Of a stretch of 64,000 nucleotides of DNA, positions 48,522-57,622 are shown piece by piece. How positions within the stretch are numbered: the stretch's first letter is position 1; every line of letters begins with the position of its first letter. Source of the stretch: an uncultured Gammaproteobacteria bacterium. GTDB taxonomy: Bacteria; Patescibacteriota; Patescibacteriia; 2-01-FULL-39-33. A program made the position numbers and the translations under genes. The notes under the pieces are model-generated. The model had not been told where the DNA came from. It saw only the letters and a program-made list of their open reading frames with translations, and searched no databases. The DNA lies in the NCBI GenBank assembly GCA_964512625.1, contig CAZEKG010000004.1:9223-73222 (forward strand), written 5' to 3'.

Positions 48522-49424
48522 ATGAAATCAAAAAGAATCTTATTCAGTCTGGCCATAACTATCGTCACCTTCTTAGGCCTAGGTCTTAGCCCAAGCCATG
48601 ACGCTTTAGCTGTAGATTACGGCACAGCCAACATCTTCGTTAATGACTCCATAGCTCAAAAGCCGATTTATAACAGTTACATTGTCCTTATCAGTAAGGC
48701 GACAGGTTATGAATTTATCTCATCGAATTATAACGACGGCCATGTTTATTGGAAAAATATTCCAGTCGGAGAGTATACCCTTATAGCTAGAAATATTGAT
48801 TATAAAGAATCAGAAAAAATAAGCTTAACGATCAGCCAGGGAGTTGTCGTTGGTAAAACTATTAAGCTTGAACCGAAAGTAATTAAAGAATATGGGAGTG
48901 TAAATATTTCTATTACCGATTCTTTAACTAATGAATACCTTAAAGATAGCTATGTAGCTTTAATTAGTAAGGTTCATGGTTGCAATGTAGCATCATCCAA
49001 TTCTAATGATGGAAAAATTAATTTTAAAAATGTTCTCGCTGGAGAATATACTCTTGTTATTAAAAATTATAAATATAAAGAAATATCTCCGATCGATATT
49101 ACTATAAAATCCGGATCGGTAAACGGGACTCAGATAAGTATGGAACCTAAAGTAGTTATTAAATACGGGGGAGTTAATATCAGGGTAATTGATTCAACGA
49201 CTAAAAATATGCTTAGAAACAGCTATATCGCCCTGATCAATAAGACTCATGGATATAACGTCGCCTCTTCTAACGCCAATAACGGCAATGTTTATTGGAA
49301 AAATATCCCCGAAGGAGAATACAAATTAGTCGTAAGAAATTATGGCTACCAACCAGTTGAATCGATGGATATTACTGTAACTGCCAATGCGATTTTTGGA
49401 ACAGTAATAAAGTTGTCTAAATAA
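48522..49424 (+). CDS. secreted protein with three ~100-aa tandem repeats (carboxypeptidase-regulatory/Ig-like beta-sandwich repeats)
   Basis: Signal peptide. Three repeats share ...NDSIAQKPIYNSYI(V/A)LISK..GY.(V/F)(A/I)SSN.NDG.(V/I)YWKN(I/V)..GEY.L(I/V).(R/K)N..YK..E.I.(L/I)T(I/V)....V.G..I.(L/M)EPKV. Confidence 0.5.
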   Translation: MKSKRILFSLAITIVTFLGLGLSPSHDALAVDYGTANIFVNDSIAQKPIYNSYIVLISKATGYEFISSNYNDGHVYWKNIPVGEYTLIARNIDYKESEKISLTISQGVVVGKTIKLEPKVIKEYGSVNISITDSLTNEYLKDSYVALISKVHGCNVASSNSNDGKINFKNVLAGEYTLVIKNYKYKEISPIDITIKSGSVNGTQISMEPKVVIKYGGVNIRVIDSTTKNMLRNSYIALINKTHGYNVASSNANNGNVYWKNIPEGEYKLVVRNYGYQPVESMDITVTANAIFGTVIKLSK

Positions 49425-49481
49425 ATTAAATCTAATTAATAAAAAAGAGCCTCTATTGATTGAAGCTCTTTTTTAGTTGGA

Positions 49482-49841
49482 TTATTTAGATAAAATAATT
49501 TTATTAATAGTTATCAATATCGCCCCCTTAGCTGGCAGGCCTTTATTTTCTTCCATTGCTTCGACATATCCCTTCCATTTTCCGTCATTAAAATATTCCG
49601 CTTCCCCTATCAACTTGCAACCACTCATTTCAGAATCCCAAACAATCAGGCAAACGTTTTTATTTCCGGCAATATCCTCCAAAGTCCGGTTCATATAATT
49701 ATCCGTAATTAAAATCTGATTATTCGCGACAACCTTAACTGAGGCAACACCAATAATATTAGGCTTATCATCTGCAGTAATAGTAGCTAATCCCAAAGGA
49801 TTATTCTCTATCAATTCTTTTACTTCATTTAGATTTACCAT
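49482..49841 (-). CDS. pyridoxamine 5'-phosphate oxidase-like FMN-binding split-barrel protein
   Basis: ~119 aa. LATITADDKPNIIGVASV...NKNVCLIVWD pattern typical of the PNPOx-like family. Confidence 0.5.
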   Translation of the reverse strand: MVNLNEVKELIENNPLGLATITADDKPNIIGVASVKVVANNQILITDNYMNRTLEDIAGNKNVCLIVWDSEMSGCKLIGEAEYFNDGKWKGYVEAMEENKGLPAKGAILITINKIILSK

Positions 49842-49857
49842 AATTAATTATTTAACA

Positions 49858-50271
49858 TTAAGAAACTTTACTGAAATCGCCGTTCAATATAATAGGCGCC
49901 ATAGCTTCCAATTCATCGCGATAGCCCATATCGGGAATGCCATGTAAAAGATAAATCGGCTTATTAAGGACAAAGGCGAATCCCATTTCTAAGAAAGAAT
50001 TGCCGCCGATATAGCCCTCGATTCCTTTTCGCTCAATATTGACGATAAGGATTGCGTCGCTATTTTTTATCTTCTCAAAATAACCTCGAATCAGATCATA
50101 TTCTACCTTATTCCGCGCCGATTCCGTATGCATCTTATCAATGACTTCCATAGCGGCGTATTCATGAGTAAAATCAGGCAGAACAACCTCATAGCCAAGC
50201 TCCTTAAGCCTCTTTTCCGCCTCAACCATCTCCTTCGAAGCAGTCATACTGCCGCAAACAACTATCTTCAT
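49858..50271 (-). CDS. nucleoside 2-deoxyribosyltransferase-like protein
   Basis: KIVVCGSM N-terminus and SDAILIVNIERKGIEGYIGGNSFLEMGFAFVLNKPIYLL matching the NDT-family core (aD.v.a...G.fE.G.A...KP). Confidence 0.5.
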   Translation of the reverse strand: MKIVVCGSMTASKEMVEAEKRLKELGYEVVLPDFTHEYAAMEVIDKMHTESARNKVEYDLIRGYFEKIKNSDAILIVNIERKGIEGYIGGNSFLEMGFAFVLNKPIYLLHGIPDMGYRDELEAMAPIILNGDFSKVS

Positions 50272-50285
50272 ATTTTTAAAATTAA

Positions 50286-50894
50286 TTAATTATTCTCAAC
50301 CGCTTTCTCAAAAGCTTTTTCAAGCGCCTCGATTATTTGAACCTCTCTCGTAATTCTATTATCCGTTAAAAAACTCTGGGGATCCTGCTTATCGATTTTA
50401 ATCCCCTTAGCTGCTAAAGTTTCCGCAAGAGTAGTTCCGACAGTATTATCTTTAAATCCGCCTTCTTTTCTTAAGGTTTCTTCCACGCTTTCATTAGGAA
50501 ATAAGACTCGAAGAGACGATATCGAAGAATAAGCCTCTCCACTAGAAAACTTTATAACCGCTACCGCTCTATCCTCGTATTCGCCGTTTTTGTTTTTAAA
50601 GATGCCATTTTCAATACTGATAAATAAAGCTGGAAGATTATCGCTCCTTTCCTTTAGGATTTTTTCCGCATCAATAATCCTATTCTTCGCGCCTAATTCC
50701 GTTTCCTCGCCGACCGGCTGTTCGTTAACTCCCGAAGCGGCCTTAACGCTTATGACATTTAAATCCTTATCCGGAAAAAATTCAGCCAAGAATTTTTTAA
50801 CCGCGTTTATTTTTATAGCACTCTGAGAAGTAACTATAATATAATCAGGTAAGCTTAAATTTTTTAACCTCTCTTTTAATTCTTGCTTATCCAT
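50286..50894 (-). CDS. inosine/xanthosine triphosphatase-like (YjjX/DUF84) non-canonical NTP phosphatase
   Basis: AASGVNEQPVGEETELGAKNRIIDAEKILKE aligns with YjjX [25 protein letters not shown]. Confidence 0.6.
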   Translation of the reverse strand: MDKQELKERLKNLSLPDYIIVTSQSAIKINAVKKFLAEFFPDKDLNVISVKAASGVNEQPVGEETELGAKNRIIDAEKILKERSDNLPALFISIENGIFKNKNGEYEDRAVAVIKFSSGEAYSSISSLRVLFPNESVEETLRKEGGFKDNTVGTTLAETLAAKGIKIDKQDPQSFLTDNRITREVQIIEALEKAFEKAVENN

Positions 50895-50899
50895 AAAAG

Positions 50900-51529
50900 C
50901 TATTTAATTAAATCATCAAAATTATCATACGCGCTTAAAAGATTGCTCTTAAGTTCCTGACCATTCTTAAGCCTTTCGATTATTTTATTTATCTCATCCG
51001 CTTCTTCTGGACTAAATCCTAAAGCTTTGATAAATTTCTCGCGAGTTTCTTTTACCGGCTTACTTTTACAATAATCAGCCAAGAATGAATACCATTTATC
51101 TAGATCACTTTTATCAATATCGAATTTTATATTCTCATAATCAATATCCCGGAAATAATTCGTTATTTCTTCCCAATCATTTAATTTATCGTAGAATAAT
51201 TCATCCTCAAAGAACTTGCAAGCAACCTTGAATATCCGACCATGGCCGAATTCTTCCTCAAACTCTTCGTATATTCGATTAGAAATAAAATAATCTCCTA
51301 ATTTTTCATCAACAATCGAATGGAATTTCAATCCGGCCATGAAAGAATTTTCTCCAATGAGATCTTTTATGGAAAGCCCTTTAAAATGAGTCAACCCCCT
51401 CTTAATAATATTAAGATAACGGATATCCGGAAAACTAGTGCCGATAAAAAATTCCTTGCGAGAAAGGTTTTTAAAATGATTATTGTAAACTTTGTCCGCT
51501 AAGACGATATGGGTTATTGGCGTGGCCAT
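50900..51529 (-). CDS. hypothetical protein (first gene of the NDT/ITPase operon)
   Basis: No recognisable motif. 5-nt gap to the ITPase gene. Confidence 0.4.
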   Translation of the reverse strand: MATPITHIVLADKVYNNHFKNLSRKEFFIGTSFPDIRYLNIIKRGLTHFKGLSIKDLIGENSFMAGLKFHSIVDEKLGDYFISNRIYEEFEEEFGHGRIFKVACKFFEDELFYDKLNDWEEITNYFRDIDYENIKFDIDKSDLDKWYSFLADYCKSKPVKETREKFIKALGFSPEEADEINKIIERLKNGQELKSNLLSAYDNFDDLIK

Positions 51530-51563
51530 TGATTAAATTATAATTGAATTAAAAAATCTGTTT

Positions 51564-51908
51564 CTAAGGTTTATGCAATAAACACTCACAAGGCTTTTGC
51601 TTCAAAATCACTTTCTGTTTAGCAATCGTATCAATAAATACTCTCTGACTACCGGAACCGATCGCTAATTTTTTATCAAGCGGCGTATAATGATTATATC
51701 CGCGACGAGTAAACTCTTTGACTAACGCTTCATGCCTTATATAAAGAGCTTTTTGCTTACCGACCCAGCGCAAGGTCTCCGGATGACGTGAATACCCTCC
51801 TTTGGCTTTGTGCTTGGTTAAAATATTCCAAAGCCCGTGAAGCTCGCGATGTTCAGCGAGTAAATGCTTGCGACATAGATGATTTGGATGTATATCCCAA
51901 ATGCGCAT
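51564..51908 (-). CDS. pyrimidine dimer DNA glycosylase (T4 endonuclease V / DenV family)
   Basis: MRIWDIHPNHLCRKHLLAEHRELHGLW aligns with the T4 endoV N-terminus ([28 protein letters not shown]). Confidence 0.7.
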   Translation of the reverse strand: MRIWDIHPNHLCRKHLLAEHRELHGLWNILTKHKAKGGYSRHPETLRWVGKQKALYIRHEALVKEFTRRGYNHYTPLDKKLAIGSGSQRVFIDTIAKQKVILKQKPCECLLHKP

Positions 51909-51949
51909 ATTTTTGAAATTAACTTATTTTTATCCCGCCAATAAAATTT

Positions 51950-52120
51950 CTATTTAGAGTTCTTACTCCTGTTTTTTATAATTTTAAAAATACCAAAAAT
52001 AATTACTATAAGGCCAAGTCCTTGTAATCCTGGACTATCATCATATCCTCCAAAAAATATCATGAAAGCGCCCAATGGAATTATAAGGAAGTAAAAGATT
52101 GTTTTAGTTGATTGATTCAT
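51950..52120 (-). CDS. 56-aa two-TM small membrane protein
   Basis: Open frame MNQSTKTIFYFLIIPLGAFMIFFGGYDDSPGLQGLGLIVIIFGIFKIIKNRSKNSK. No clear RBS. Confidence 0.25.
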   Translation of the reverse strand: MNQSTKTIFYFLIIPLGAFMIFFGGYDDSPGLQGLGLIVIIFGIFKIIKNRSKNSK

Positions 52121-52354
52121 ATAAAAATAGGCTTGAGAATTATAATTTTATAAAATGTGAAAATTGGCGATAGTGATGTCCGGAAGTTTGAACCGTTAAA
52201 ACAGCTAAATATCAAAAATCTTGATTTGATTATACGTAAACTAAGACTAATTTACAAAGAAAAACCAGAATATTTTGATGTACCGAGTTTTGCAGTTAAA
52301 GTTTATTGATATATGCACTATCCTATACTGTTTTGATAAGGATAATGTATATAT

Positions 52355-52999
52355 CTATTTTTTCTTAGCTATAACAATGAATTTATTAAAATCGAATTCC
52401 TCCTTACTTTTTGGCGGCCTACTAAATTCATTTATAATTTCAAAGCCAGTATCATTAAGTAATTTTTTTAATTCCCCTGCTGAAATGATATTTAAAAATA
52501 TTTTTTCATCTGGTTTCAGTGGCTCATCAATAATTATTTCCTGAGATTTTCCTTCTTGAATACCGAAATAAACTATTCCTCCATGTTTCAAAATTTTATA
52601 TAAATTTTCAATGGTTTCTTGCGTGTCTTTTCTGGGTATATGAATTATTGAAAAAGAAGCAAGGATTCCGTCAAAGGTTTCTGGTTTAAAATTAAGTCGG
52701 CGTATATCTGCCTTCTCAAAATGTACTTTTGAATTTTTCTTTTGAGCCAAACTAATCATCTTATCTGACATATCAACGCCAATCACGCCGTAACCCTTGG
52801 TTTGCATGTAATCTGAATCAGTTCCAGGTCCGCATCCAGCGTCCAAAATAGTTCCGCTGATCTTAATTAACTTCAAAAACTCATCTATCCTTTCTGATGG
52901 ATTATTAAATTCGTCAGCATAGAGCTGGCTAATTTCGTCATATGTTTTTGTCGTGAGTTTAACTTTGTCTTCCATAGTTCGAATCCCTTTAGAGTTCAC
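52355..52999 (-). CDS. class I SAM-dependent methyltransferase
   Basis: Motif I ILDAGCGPGTDSDY. Methyltransf_11-like size. Confidence 0.75.
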   Translation of the reverse strand: MNSKGIRTMEDKVKLTTKTYDEISQLYADEFNNPSERIDEFLKLIKISGTILDAGCGPGTDSDYMQTKGYGVIGVDMSDKMISLAQKKNSKVHFEKADIRRLNFKPETFDGILASFSIIHIPRKDTQETIENLYKILKHGGIVYFGIQEGKSQEIIIDEPLKPDEKIFLNIISAGELKKLLNDTGFEIINEFSRPPKSKEEFDFNKFIVIAKKK

Positions 53000-53014
53000 T
53001 CATTTTATTAATTT

Positions 53015-53102
53015 TGGCGGAGAGGGGGAGATTCGAACTCCCGGTACCTTGCGGTACGCCGCTTTTCGAGAGCGGTACCTTCAACCACTCAGACACCTCT
53101 CC
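53015..53102 (-). tRNA. tRNA-Ser (anticodon CGA)
   Basis: Reverse complement GGAGAGGTGTCTGAGTGGTTGAAGG...CCGCTCTCGAAAAGCGG...GGGAGTTCGAATCTCCCCCTCTCCGCCA. The 7-bp acceptor stem pairs. The anticodon loop is CTCGAAA. There is a long variable arm (GTACCgcaaGGTAC), a T-loop TTCGAAT and an encoded CCA. Confidence 0.85.
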
Positions 53103-53198
53103 AAACTTTTTTAAATAATTACTCAAAAGATACTTCTTTCTCTCTCTTCCTTGACCCAACCACTAACCAATCTTAACGCCTGAAATGCTCCCTGTCAA

Positions 53199-54461
53199 TC
53201 AGTCGCCCTTCTTTAAACTTAACTCCCGATTAGTGGCCACCATGAATAAAATAAGCCAAAAAAGAACCGAGAGATCATTCTTAAAATAAGGCGCGTCAAC
53301 AAGTCCGTGGATCAAGATCTCGACCATCGTAAAAAACAGCGTTAAAGCCCAAACCCGGCTGCCGAATCTCCCGAAATAATCGCTTAAGCTACGTAACATG
53401 CTACGTAACCAAACAGCTATAAAAACAAATACCCCGAATAAGCCGGTCTCGCTCCAAAAATTAAATAGAATGTTATGAGGATAAAGATAAATCTCGAAGA
53501 ATTTATGGATATGATAAGGAACTATCTTCAGCTGATACCCGGCGAGCCCGGCGCCGAAGAGCCAATTATCCTTAAGCATCACCCAAGTCTCGCCCCAAAT
53601 CAGCCGGCGAATCATCCCCGACCAATCCTTTAAAAAGAGTTTCGAATAAACGAAGGCCTGAAGATCTTGGCTGAAAAATAAGATGGCCATGAAAATAACG
53701 ATAAGAATCAAAAAAGGAAGCCTCGTCTTTTTATAAATCAATCCCCAAATCGTACAAACAGCTAAAACAGCTAAAACCGCCGCCTCGGACTGAGCAAAAA
53801 CGATAGCAATGAAAGATAAGGCGATAATTAAAACTTTTAAACTCGCTAAACGATAGCTCTTCGCCTTTTGAAAAAGAAAACCGGTAAAGAGGATAATAAT
53901 CGGCCCGAGATAAAGCCCGACCGCGTTCGGATAACCGTAAATAGAAACGATCCTGTCCGTATTGCCATCCTTATTTAAAAAAGCGAGCGGTACGCCGAAA
54001 GCGCTGAACTTTTGCCAAATACCAAAGAGCGAAATATAAACCGCCGAGATGCCGAGCATCCAAACGAGCCTAGTAATTTCCTTTTTCTCTTTAACTAGCG
54101 ATACGAGAATGATATAAAATAAAACCGGCTCAATGAAATAAGCTTTTAAGATCCCTAAGGCGCCGAGCTTATTAGGTGAAACGATAACCGCTAAGATAGC
54201 CGCTAAGATAACTAAAAGGGAAAGCCAAAAAAAATATGACCTCGCGTATTTCTTAAAATCAATCTTTTTTCTTATTAAAAGGACTCCAAAAAGGATCAAG
54301 ATCATCGCTTCCAAAAGAGTCATCGGGATATTTAGAAGTGAAAACCGAATTAAATAAACCGGCAACAAGGCGGTAATAAGATAAAGACTCCAAAGTGGCC
54401 GTCGCCAGGAAAGATAAAAGAATAAACAGCTGAATAATAAAATGCCGATTAAATAAAGCAT
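53199..54461 (-). CDS. O-antigen ligase/polymerase-like (Wzy_C) polytopic membrane protein
   Basis: ~12 TM segments with a large loop near the C-terminal third. It is adjacent to a Wzx flippase. Confidence 0.45.
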   Translation of the reverse strand: MLYLIGILLFSCLFFYLSWRRPLWSLYLITALLPVYLIRFSLLNIPMTLLEAMILILFGVLLIRKKIDFKKYARSYFFWLSLLVILAAILAVIVSPNKLGALGILKAYFIEPVLFYIILVSLVKEKKEITRLVWMLGISAVYISLFGIWQKFSAFGVPLAFLNKDGNTDRIVSIYGYPNAVGLYLGPIIILFTGFLFQKAKSYRLASLKVLIIALSFIAIVFAQSEAAVLAVLAVCTIWGLIYKKTRLPFLILIVIFMAILFFSQDLQAFVYSKLFLKDWSGMIRRLIWGETWVMLKDNWLFGAGLAGYQLKIVPYHIHKFFEIYLYPHNILFNFWSETGLFGVFVFIAVWLRSMLRSLSDYFGRFGSRVWALTLFFTMVEILIHGLVDAPYFKNDLSVLFWLILFMVATNRELSLKKGD

Positions 54462-54464
54462 ATC

Positions 54465-55883
54465 TTAGTTATCAATCTTAACGATACCGCTAAACGATTC
54501 TCTCGTTACGCCTCGATTTATAAAAATAACCGCGAAATAAACAATCGCTCCGACTAGCGTAATCGTCAAGATGTTCTGATTCTTAAATAATAAAAGGAAT
54601 AAAACCATGATGAAGCCGGCCGGCAAAACTTTACTAAAAATCTTAAGGCTGATTTTTAAGCCCGAATACTTTTTAAGGATATAGTAAGAACAACCGGCGA
54701 TTATGCTCTCACTTAAAACCGTAATGATGGCCGCCGCCCAATAGGAATAAATAGGAATGAAAATAAAATAAAGAACAAGGGCTAAGACCGCATCGAAAGC
54801 GTAGAATTTTATCATCTTCTTTTGGAGTTCGCCAGCCACGATCCCATAGCCGAAAAGCGAACCAAAATAAATAGCCGCCGCCGCAAAAATAAGGACTTTA
54901 AGTAGCTCGCCGGAAAAAGAGAATTCCGAACCGGCAACGAAAGTCATGATCTTCTCGCCGTATAATAAACAGCCTAAAATGATCGGTGCAATCAAAATGA
55001 CAAAAAAATCAAAAGCTTTTTGGACAGTCAGCTTAAACATCTCCCGATTAGAAACGAAGAAAACCGTCATAACCGGAAGGACGAGACCTAAGAACATATA
55101 AGGGAATTGAACCAATATCTCAAGGACTTTATAGGTCGCGCCGTAAAGCCCGACTTCGTTTTGCGGGCGGAAAAGCGACATGATAATCGTATCGGCGCGG
55201 AAATAAACGAGGGTTAAGGCGATTGTCATCGCCAACGGCCAAGTCGTCCGATAAATATCGGCCCAAACATTCCTATCAAAAGCCGGCCTAACTCTTAAAT
55301 ATTTTCCAGAAGAGAAATAAAGGATGAAAAAATTAACTGCCGAACCTAAAACCGTAAAAAACAATAGAGCCGACAACCCGAGATCATAACTGATTGCAAG
55401 ATAAATACCAATTAATAAAACCAATCGCGACCAAACCTCGGAAATAGAAGTCATAGCCATATCAATATGCTTTTGATACAAGCTGACTAAAACGGTTTGT
55501 AAGGAAATAAACAAGAAAGAAAAACTGGCTAGGACAATCCCCCCTTTAACCGCTTCCGGATAAGGCAATAAAAAGGCGACAAGAGCGGAAAGAGTTAAAA
55601 AGACTAGCGCCGAACAAAACCTTAGGGTAAAAGCGTTATTAAATATTTTCTTTTCATCGGCTCCCGGCCGGGAAAGCATTTGGGTCGTCGTCATTTGGAG
55701 CCCGAAATCGACTAAGACGCTCGAGAATTGGAGGTAGGAAATAATCGTCGTATAGTAGCCGAAGCCGGTTTGACCGAGGTAACGAGTTATTAAGGCGATA
55801 GCGCCAAGGCCAAGCAGGACGCTGGCGATTTTTCCGGCGATTTGATAGAAAGTGTTTTTAGCTATTTTTTTTATTAGTGACAT
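54465..55883 (-). CDS. oligosaccharide flippase (Wzx/MOP superfamily)
   Basis: N-terminal IKKIAKNTFYQIAGKIASVLLGLGAIALITRYLGQTGFGYY, typical of polysaccharide-biosynthesis flippases. 12-14 TM segments. Confidence 0.7.
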   Translation of the reverse strand: MSLIKKIAKNTFYQIAGKIASVLLGLGAIALITRYLGQTGFGYYTTIISYLQFSSVLVDFGLQMTTTQMLSRPGADEKKIFNNAFTLRFCSALVFLTLSALVAFLLPYPEAVKGGIVLASFSFLFISLQTVLVSLYQKHIDMAMTSISEVWSRLVLLIGIYLAISYDLGLSALLFFTVLGSAVNFFILYFSSGKYLRVRPAFDRNVWADIYRTTWPLAMTIALTLVYFRADTIIMSLFRPQNEVGLYGATYKVLEILVQFPYMFLGLVLPVMTVFFVSNREMFKLTVQKAFDFFVILIAPIILGCLLYGEKIMTFVAGSEFSFSGELLKVLIFAAAAIYFGSLFGYGIVAGELQKKMIKFYAFDAVLALVLYFIFIPIYSYWAAAIITVLSESIIAGCSYYILKKYSGLKISLKIFSKVLPAGFIMVLFLLLFKNQNILTITLVGAIVYFAVIFINRGVTRESFSGIVKIDN

Positions 55884-56180
55884 GAAGAAATATTAAAGTG
55901 TAAAAATCAAAATGGAAATTATTTTAAATTCTTATTTGTATTTGTATTTGCGAGCCTTAAAAAATATTGTGCTGATTTTTCATAAGAGCGAGGCTTAAAA
56001 GCCAATTACTTCTGTTGCTATTCTGATAATTGGCTTGCCGAGCGAAATGAAATAATCAGCCATGATTTTTTACAGCGAGCGATTTTTCTTTTTGTTAGCT
56101 TTTTCTTTGTTAAAAAAGAAAAAGTAAAAACAAAGAATTAATAATCAAACTCTTTCTTGATGTGGAGAAGGAAATACAAA

Positions 56181-57206
56181 CTACCTCCAAAGATTCTTCG
56201 CCTCATCCCAATAACCAGCATTACCCTTAACCGTCTTCATATAATACCACCACTCCGGCCCCCAAAGATAAATCTCCGAAAAACCGGCTTGCCGGGCATA
56301 CTCGATATTGTTCTTAAACTTCTCAACACTAAGCGACTTATCAATCTCTTTTTGGCTGATCTTGGCCAAGGTCGTATTCTCCGGATGCCAGGATTCGGTT
56401 TGCAATTCAGCTACAATTATCTTATCAATTCCTGTTAAGGCCTTAACTAACTGCGCCTTAAAATAATAAGTTGAAGGCGGAAGGAACCAGCTGAAATAAC
56501 CGAAGCGCTTATCATAAACAACCCGATACATCGTTGTCCCTAAAAGATCGCCTCCCGATCTTGCTGCTGGAATCCAAGTCGATAATTCTCCGCTATCAGT
56601 AATTAGAATAGGCTTACCAGTCAACTCCTTAACGAGCTTAATCTCATTCTTAAAGTTAGCCTTATCAAGCGGCGGACAAATACCGAAAGTTCCTAGATAC
56701 GGCTCATTCTCAACCTGCCAATAAATGATATTGGGGTTATCTTTATAGCGTTCAACAGTTTTTCTAACAAAAGCTAATTGGCTCGTCGCGATTTTATCTT
56801 TTTCCCAGCCACCAATCCAACTCGGATCATGGCATTCCGGCCAACGAGGCAATCTTCGTCCGACCGCCAAGATTATCTTTACTCCCCGCTTAGACGCTTC
56901 GCTGACCTGCCAATCGAGATCATCATAATCATAAACACCCTCCGCCGGCTGAGTAACATTCCAATAAGCGCTAAGGCGAATATGATCGACTTTAAGATCA
57001 TCAAGAATCGCCAAATAAGTTTTTTGCCAATCAAGGCCCAATTCATATTGAGCGTAATTTTTAGTAAAGGTTACGCCATAGCTAACCTCGGGCTGGGAAA
57101 AATTAAGTAAATAAAAAATAAGAAGAAGAATCACGATAAATGGCGAGGCTAATAAAGCGATCAAGAGAAGTTTATGCATATAATTAAATGAAAGATGAAA
57201 AATCAA
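56181..57206 (-). CDS. membrane-anchored glycoside hydrolase, GH5-like
   Basis: N-terminal TM segment. Catalytic NEP motif (WQVENEPYLG). TIM-barrel-size domain. Confidence 0.45.
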   Translation of the reverse strand: MIFHLSFNYMHKLLLIALLASPFIVILLLIFYLLNFSQPEVSYGVTFTKNYAQYELGLDWQKTYLAILDDLKVDHIRLSAYWNVTQPAEGVYDYDDLDWQVSEASKRGVKIILAVGRRLPRWPECHDPSWIGGWEKDKIATSQLAFVRKTVERYKDNPNIIYWQVENEPYLGTFGICPPLDKANFKNEIKLVKELTGKPILITDSGELSTWIPAARSGGDLLGTTMYRVVYDKRFGYFSWFLPPSTYYFKAQLVKALTGIDKIIVAELQTESWHPENTTLAKISQKEIDKSLSVEKFKNNIEYARQAGFSEIYLWGPEWWYYMKTVKGNAGYWDEAKNLWR

Positions 57207-57235
57207 AATGAAAAGTGAAAGTTTAAAATTTAAAA

Positions 57236-57607
57236 TTATTTTTTACCTTTTAATGTTAAAATGCTCGAAGCTAATATATTGGCTATTTCGACTTGTTCAG
57301 ATATTAACCAATTCAACTCTGGAACATTTCCATAACCAGTATTTCTAAGTAACGTTAACCATACCTTGGATTCATTAGCTGACTTTAAAGAATGTGTAAA
57401 GAAATTAATAAAATCCTTTCTTGAGCTTGCCGAGTTCGCTTCCACATAATTAGCTAAAACGCTTGTGCCGCTTCTTAAAAGCTGCTTACCCATTACATCA
57501 GCAACATTGCTTTTAGGCATTCTATCAATGAACTTAACTAATCTTAGAACATAACTGTATAATCTTTTTTTAAATTCAACTTTAAACTTTGCATTGTCAT
57601 TTTCCAT
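57236..57607 (-). CDS. four-helix-bundle protein (23S rRNA intervening-sequence protein family, TIGR02436-like)
   Basis: Characteristic YSYVLRLVKFIDRMPKS...GKQLLRSGTSVLANYVEANSASSRKDFINFFTHSLKSANES. Confidence 0.75.
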   Translation of the reverse strand: MENDNAKFKVEFKKRLYSYVLRLVKFIDRMPKSNVADVMGKQLLRSGTSVLANYVEANSASSRKDFINFFTHSLKSANESKVWLTLLRNTGYGNVPELNWLISEQVEIANILASSILTLKGKK

Positions 57608-57622
57608 TTTGATTTTTACATT

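Noticed and set aside
52275-52544. 89-aa plus-strand ORF overlapping the SAM methyltransferase gene
   Set aside because: It is antisense to a gene with a clear motif I. It is AT-rich, low complexity and has no RBS.
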